Shown here piece by piece: positions 57,611-64,000 of a DNA stretch of 64,000 bases. Made by a program: the position numbers and the translations under genes. The stretch is taken from positions 480,001 to 544,000 of the forward strand of contig JAYQJW010000002.1 in assembly GCA_038142325.1 (NCBI GenBank). Direction: 5' to 3'. Source of the DNA: Gammaproteobacteria bacterium. Lineage in GTDB: Bacteria; Pseudomonadota; Gammaproteobacteria; GCA-002705445; GCA-002716945. The stretch's first letter is position 1, and each line of letters opens with the position of its first letter. Under the pieces are notes generated by a model. The model did not search any database and had not been told where the DNA came from. It saw nothing but the letters and a program-made list of their open reading frames with translations.

Positions 57611-60600
57611 TTTTACTCATTTACATTTACACACTGCATATTCATTGAATTCAGGTACCATCAAGATAGATGATTTAGTCAGTTTCGCTAAGAAAAACAA
57701 TTTCAAATCATTAGCACTGACAGATTATTTAAATATATTTGGAGCTGTTAAATTTTATAACAAATGCATTGAAGCATCTATCAAACCTATCATTGGTTGC
57801 GAGATTCCATTACTATATGAAAACAATATATCTGCTGGCAATATTGTTTTGCTATGTCAAAATCTTGATGGGTACTACAATATAAATAAAATATTGTCTT
57901 TAATCCATAAATCAAGATCATCTTATCTTGGTTCAAATATTGAAACTCTAAAAAAATATAATTCTGATTTAATATGTCTGTCCGGAGGGAGAAATGGCGT
58001 TAATGGTTTAAATCTACTTAGACATTCAAATGAGATTATGCGCGATGTTATTTCAAATTTATCTGAAATATTTATTAATAGATTCTATATTGAAATTGAT
58101 AGGACTAACAGAACTAACGAAAAAGAATATAATTCTTTATCATTGACATATGCACGAGATCATAATTTACCTATTGTAGCAACCAACGATGTCATATTTA
58201 TGACTGATTCTGATTATGAGGCTAATGAGGTTAAAGTATCAATAATTCAAAAAACTAAGTTAGACGATAGGGTAAATCAAGATGATTATTCTACAAGTCA
58301 ATATTTTAAAACTACAACAGAAATGACATCTTTGTATAAAGATTTAAAATCTGCTCTCACGAATGTGGAAAATATTATAGAAAGATGTAATTTTAAATTC
58401 CCTGATTTTAAATATCATCTACCTAAATTTACAAACCCATCATCTAAAAGTGATACACAGTATTTTAATGATCTTTGTCATGATGGACTGAGAGATTATT
58501 TAGGCTCAAGCACATTAGATAACAAAATTTATGAAGAAAGGCTTGAGGAAGAAATTCGAGTAATAAATAATATGGGTTTTTCCAGCTATTTTCTTATCGT
58601 TCAAGAATTTATTACGTGGGCAAGAAAAAATGATGTTCCAGTTGGTCCAGGTAGGGGCTCTGGAGCTGGATCATTAGTGGCTTTTGTTCTGGGTATTACA
58701 AACATTGACCCACTTAAATATAATTTGCTTTTTGAGAGGTTTTTAAATCAAGAGAGAATATCAATGCCTGATTTTGATACAGATTTTTGTATGAATAAGC
58801 GTCAGAAGGTAATTGATCATATTATTGATACATACGGACAGGATAAAGTATCACAAATCATAACTTACAATACACTATCAGCACGAGCCGTGATAAGAGA
58901 TGTCGGTAGAGTTCTAGATTATACATATGGGTTTGTTGACACAATTGCCAAGCTTGTTCCATTTACGCTTGGCATCACTATAGATGAAGCCCTAAAAGCT
59001 AGCAAAGAGCTCTCAAAAGAATATAAAAGTAAAGACGATGTTAAAATACTTATTGATTTAGCTAAAAAAATTGAGGGACTTCCACGTGGTGCAGGAACAC
59101 ATGCAGCTGGTATAGTTATTGCGCCTTCAGATATCACAGATTTTATGCCGCTTTATTCTTTAGAAGATAAAGATGACCTTATCACTCAATTTGATAAAGA
59201 TGATAATGAATCATTAGGCCTTGTAAAGTTTGATATTCTTGGCCTTACAACTCTTACCGTGATAGATGATACATTGAAATTGATTAAAAAAAATAAACAT
59301 AATTTCAAATTAAACTCTATACCACTTGATGACAGTAAAGTTTTTTCACTACTAAAAAAGAAAATGACAACAGGTATTTTTCAACTTGAATCATTAGGAA
59401 TGAAAAAATACATGGCTCAACTAATGCCTGACAAATTTGAGGATATTGTGGCTTTAGTAGCCCTATATAGACCTGGCCCTCTTGGAACAAATATGGTTGA
59501 TGACTTTATTGCAAATAAACACGGCGCTGAAATCAAATATGAACATCCATTACTAGAAAAGATACTTTCTGAGACAAATGGATTAATTTTGTATCAAGAA
59601 CAAGTAATGGAAATTGCTAAATCTTTAGGTGGTTATTCACTTGGCGATGCTGATCTATTGAGAAGAGCCATGGGTAAGAAAAAACAAAAAGAAATGGAAA
59701 ATCATAGATCAAGATTTATAAATGGATGCAAGAAAAATAATATAAACGAAATAACCTCAATATCTATTTTTGATAAGATGGAAAAGTTTGCTGGATATGG
59801 TTTCAATAAATCTCATTCTGTCGCATATGCGATGCTATCCTATCAAACTGCTTATCTTAAAGCATACTATACAAGTGAATTTCTTGCTGCTGCTATGTCT
59901 TCAGATATGGATAATACAAATAAAATTATTAATTTATTATCTGCATGTAATGAAATGGATATTATTGTTTTATCACCAGATATAAATTCATCAAGTTATC
60001 GATTCCTTCCGACAAAGAAAGATACAATCAGTTATGGTTTATGTGCTATTAAGGGCGTTGGCGATAATGCAGCAAAACACATTTGTGAAATTAGAAATAA
60101 AACTGGACCATATAAAAATATTGAAGATTTCTGCTCAAGAGTAAATTTAAATACTGTCAATTCAGGTACTATAGATGCATTAATATCATCGGGCTGCTTT
60201 GACAAAATAAATGAATCTTCAAGATTGTCTACTATAGAAAATCTAAATATCATTATGTCGCAAGGACAGAAAAATCAACTTGATATAGCAGCTGGCCAAA
60301 ATGAACTCTTTTCCTCATCCGAATCAATATTACAATCTAATATCCCAAAAAAAATTGTCAAAATTTCTCCGTCTAATAAAGAGCTTATAATGGAAAGAAA
60401 AGTTCTTGGTTATTACATGTCTAAACATCCAATGGAATCATATCTTAATGAATTAAATGATATGAATCTTAAAGAATATATTATCAATAAATAACTATAT
60501 TATTGATAATTCAATAGCTAAGCTAAATACAACCATTTCAGGCGTCATTATAGATTCTCGTATACAAAAGATAGGTAAAAATAAATACCTTAATATTTTC

Positions 60601-61029
60601 AAAGTGGATGATGGCAGTGGATTTATTAATGCTTCATTTTTTGAAGAAAAATATCTCACTTACAAGCATCATATCAAAGAGGATGTGATTTTATTTTTTC
60701 ATGGTGAAACTTTTATTGATGAATATGATTCACAACTTTCAATGAGAGTAGATAATGTCTATTCATTAAATGATGCTAGAGAAAGACACTCTAAATATAT
60801 TGAAATCATATTGACTGCTGATTTAAAATCCAAAGAAACATTACAATCTATTAAAAATATTATCACTGAATCTGAAGCAGGAAATACTAAAGTAACTATA
60901 TCTTATGTGTCCAGAGATCTTCTTGTTCCAATAAAATTCACGAAAGAGATATCCATTAAAATCAATGATAAATTAATGCAATCACTGCAATCTATCGTTG
61001 GCACTAAAAATGTTATAATAAAATACTAA
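57603..61029 (+). CDS. dnaE: DNA polymerase III alpha subunit (indel near 60480)
   Basis: HLHLH, GPGRGSGAGSLVA, FERFLN, MPDFDTDF, ALYRPGP, YGFNKSH; OB-fold C-terminus in the shifted frame. Confidence 0.95.
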
Positions 61030-61063
61030 TAGAATTATTATTGATAATAATTATAATGTAGAG

Positions 61064-62029
61064 ATGTCAGAATATAATATAAACTATCTTGATTTTGAGC
61101 AGCCTCTATTAGAAATAGAAAATAAGATTGCATCAATCAAAACTAGCGCAAGTACATCTCAAGGCGATAGAAATAAAATCGATTCATTGAATAAAGAGTT
61201 AGAGAAAAATATCTCTAAAATATTTTCTTCTTTATCTGATTGGCAAATTTCTCAACTCGCAAGACATCCTTTACGTCCTTATACGCTTGATTATGTTTCT
61301 AATATTTTTGATGATTTTGTAGAGATTCATGGAGATAGAATGTTTGGTGATGACAAGGCGATTATTTGTGGGTTAGCAAAGCTTGATGGAAGATCGATTA
61401 TATTAATTGGACATCAAAAGGGAAGGGACTCAAAAGATAAAGTATTTAGAAACTTTGGTATGCCTAAACCTGAGGGATATAGAAAAGCGTTGCGAGCAAT
61501 GAAACTTGCGGAAAAATTTAAAATACCAATCGTCACGTTCATTGACACTCCAGGCGCATATCCTGGTATAGATGCTGAATCGAGAAATCAAAGCATTGCA
61601 ATAGCAGACAATCTTTACCAAATGTCAAAAATCAAATGCCCTATCATATCTATAGTTATAGGAGAAGGAGGATCGGGTGGTGCACTTGCGATTGGTGTGG
61701 CAGATAAGTTAGGAATGCTACAATATAGTATTTATTCTGTTATTAGCCCTGAAGGATGCGCTTCTATACTTTGGAAAGATGCATCTAAAGCAAATATTGC
61801 TGCAGAAGCACTGTCTATAACTTCAAAAAAATTATTAGAACATAAATTAATCGATAAGATTATTCCAGAACCTATTGGTGCAGCACACAGAGATTATAAT
61901 GCCATGTATTCATCACTTAAAACTAATATCATTGAGTTGATTGACGAAGTAGAAATAATTCCTATTTCAGAACTTTTAGAAATTAGAAATTCAAAAATTT
62001 CATCTTATGGACAATTTGAATCTTCCTGA
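61064..62029 (+). CDS. accA: Acetyl-CoA carboxylase carboxyltransferase alpha
   Basis: YLDFEQP, ARHPLRP, GMPKPEGYRKA, DTPGAYPG, GEGGSGGA. Confidence 0.96.
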   Translation: MSEYNINYLDFEQPLLEIENKIASIKTSASTSQGDRNKIDSLNKELEKNISKIFSSLSDWQISQLARHPLRPYTLDYVSNIFDDFVEIHGDRMFGDDKAIICGLAKLDGRSIILIGHQKGRDSKDKVFRNFGMPKPEGYRKALRAMKLAEKFKIPIVTFIDTPGAYPGIDAESRNQSIAIADNLYQMSKIKCPIISIVIGEGGSGGALAIGVADKLGMLQYSIYSVISPEGCASILWKDASKANIAAEALSITSKKLLEHKLIDKIIPEPIGAAHRDYNAMYSSLKTNIIELIDEVEIIPISELLEIRNSKISSYGQFESS

Positions 62030-63284
62030 AGCTAAACAGCTTGTAAATAACTTACTTAATAAATCAAAAAACAAAGACTTTCTTGTTGGTATTAGTGGTG
62101 GAGTTGATTCACTTGTACTTCTATCAATAATTAACGAATTGAAATTGACATATGATTATAATTTTAGGGCCATTCATATCAATCATAACTTTTCAAGTAA
62201 TTCAAATGAAATGGAAAGTCGTTGCATAGACGTATGTAACCAATATGATATAGACCTTATCATAAAACATATTCAGCCAACTAAGACATCAAATATAGAG
62301 GAATACCTCAGAGAAAAACGATATGAAATATTTCTGGATACTCTTTCTGAAAATGAATCCCTTGTGCTTGCTCATCATTTAGATGATCAGGTTGAAACAT
62401 TTTTTTATCGTTTATTTCGAGGCTCATCTCCAATTGGTTTATCATCTATGAAAAAGATATCAATAAAAAATAATAAAATTATTTACAGACCACTTTTATC
62501 TATTTCAAAAAGTATAATTATTAACCTTGCTAAACAATTTAGTTTGAATTTTGTAAATGATACAACTAATGATGACTTAAATTATCATAGAAATTATATT
62601 AGGAAAAAAATCATACCTCCTATAAAAAAAATTTGGCCTGAACTCAATCAGGTTATGTATCATAATATTTTATTGCAGGATCAGTATAATAAGTTAGCAA
62701 ATGATTATTGCGCCAAAATATATAATGATATTATTATCAATAATAATCTTGAAATAAACAGACTCAAAGTATTTCCAGAACACATACATACTATCTTCAT
62801 AAAATTTTGGATTGAGAAAAATATTAATTTTAAGCTCTCTAAGAACGATTTATCTAATCTGTTAAATATAGTAAATAGTAATAATAATGATTATCCGAGA
62901 TATTTATTAAATGATAAAGTTATTACAAAATATAATAATACTTTATACATACTCTCTGCTCATGAAAAGCATTTAATAAAAGACAAAGTGTGGGATCTTA
63001 AAAATGATATTGTGTTTGGAAAAAGAAAAATATTAATTGAAAAATTAAAAGAAAAAGGTATTTATGATTATTTGTTTAATAAAGCGCCTATTACTCTTAA
63101 ATCATTTAATGGAAAGGAAAAGATATCATTAAATAAAAACTTTTCTCAATATTTAAAAAAAGTTTTCCAAAGCAACTCAATCCCTACATGGGAAAGAGAT
63201 AGATTTATACTACTTTTTTCTCAAGAAACTCTGTTAGTTGCCTATAGTGAGAACCATATTTTTATTTCATCATATATAAGATAA
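62007..63284 (+). CDS. tilS: tRNA(Ile)-lysidine synthase
   Basis: SGGVDS PP-loop, HINH, AHHLDDQVET, RPLL, RNYIR, IPTWER. Confidence 0.93.
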   Translation: MDNLNLPEAKQLVNNLLNKSKNKDFLVGISGGVDSLVLLSIINELKLTYDYNFRAIHINHNFSSNSNEMESRCIDVCNQYDIDLIIKHIQPTKTSNIEEYLREKRYEIFLDTLSENESLVLAHHLDDQVETFFYRLFRGSSPIGLSSMKKISIKNNKIIYRPLLSISKSIIINLAKQFSLNFVNDTTNDDLNYHRNYIRKKIIPPIKKIWPELNQVMYHNILLQDQYNKLANDYCAKIYNDIIINNNLEINRLKVFPEHIHTIFIKFWIEKNINFKLSKNDLSNLLNIVNSNNNDYPRYLLNDKVITKYNNTLYILSAHEKHLIKDKVWDLKNDIVFGKRKILIEKLKEKGIYDYLFNKAPITLKSFNGKEKISLNKNFSQYLKKVFQSNSIPTWERDRFILLFSQETLLVAYSENHIFISSYIR

Positions 63285-63328
63285 ATCTATATCTTTTTAC
63301 CTTTATGCATTATAATTTAAGCATCTGA

Positions 63329-64000
63329 ATGGCTAGATATATATTTATTACAGGTGGTGTTGTATCATCCCTTGGAAAAGGTATTGCAGCCGCCTCCCTA
63401 GCATCATTGTTCAAACTACGAGGCTATAAAGTTTCCTTACAAAAACTCGACCCATACATCAATCTTGATCCTGGTACTATGAGTCCTTTTCAACATGGTG
63501 AAGTGTTTGTTACTGAAGATGGAGCAGAGACAGATCTTGATCTTGGTCATTACGAGAGATTTGTTGGTATTACTATGAATCAAAATTCAAATGTTACTGC
63601 TGGAAGAGTTTACTCAAATGTGATCAAAAAAGAAAGAGAAGGAAAATATCTTGGTAGTACTGTACAAGTGATACCACATGTTACTGATGAAATAAAAAAA
63701 TTAATAAAATTAGGCTCTAAAGGTGCAGATGTCTCATTCGTTGAGGTTGGTGGTACTGTAGGTGATATAGAATCATTACCTTTTCTTGAATCAATCAGAC
63801 AGCTGAATATGGAAATGTATGATGGCCATACATTATTTATTCATCTAACACTCCTGCCGCTAGTAGAAGTCACTAATGAAATCAAAACAAAACCCACACA
63901 GCATTCTGTCAAAGAATTAAGATCAATAGGGATACAACCAGATATATTATTATGTCGTGCTAAAAATAAGTTAAATAATCATATCAAAAATAAAATATCA
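63329..64000 (+). CDS. pyrG: CTP synthase (3'-truncated by window edge)
   Basis: [71 protein letters not shown]. Confidence 0.97.
   Translation, partial: MARYIFITGGVVSSLGKGIAAASLASLFKLRGYKVSLQKLDPYINLDPGTMSPFQHGEVFVTEDGAETDLDLGHYERFVGITMNQNSNVTAGRVYSNVIKKEREGKYLGSTVQVIPHVTDEIKKLIKLGSKGADVSFVEVGGTVGDIESLPFLESIRQLNMEMYDGHTLFIHLTLLPLVEVTNEIKTKPTQHSVKELRSIGIQPDILLCRAKNKLNNHIKNKIS

Overview
This is a 64-kb core-genome segment of a strongly AT-rich (visually about 27-30% GC, not computed), tightly packed, streamlined Gammaproteobacterium-like chromosome. It carries about 55 protein genes and 8 tRNA genes. Gene order: thrC, trxB, ftsK-serS; tRNA-Ser/MFS/tRNA-Ser; a 4-gene insert (hypothetical, ugd, 2Fe-2S ferredoxin, double cupin) fused to dnaX-ybaB-recR; phhB-M48-orn; nadB/rpoE-rseA-degP-lepA-lepB-rnc-era-recO; lpxH-ppiB/cysS-tRNAs-tig-clpPX-lon-hupB-ppiD; fabI/yejABEF; dapE-map/rpsB-tsf-frr-uppS-cdsA-dxr-rseP-bamA-skp-lpxD-fabZ-lpxA; an inverted gnnA-gnnB-lpxB block; rnhB-dnaE-accA-tilS-pyrG. 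About 20 genes, many essential, carry 1-2 nt indels or point defects, best explained as unpolished sequencing error. I saw no mobile element, CRISPR array or rRNA. Best leads: (1) a GnnA/GnnB diamino-lipid A pathway inverted in place with lpxB; (2) an A11 run in dnaX followed at once by stops in both shifted frames, a candidate tau/gamma slippage site; (3) the translationally coupled hyp-ugd-fdx-cupin cassette between tRNA-Ser and dnaX; (4) clean absences (pyrH, lolA/rarA, rseB/C, glnD/dapD) from conserved operons; (5) an unannotated 56-aa membrane protein. Nothing here can be shown from sequence alone to be a wholly new system.
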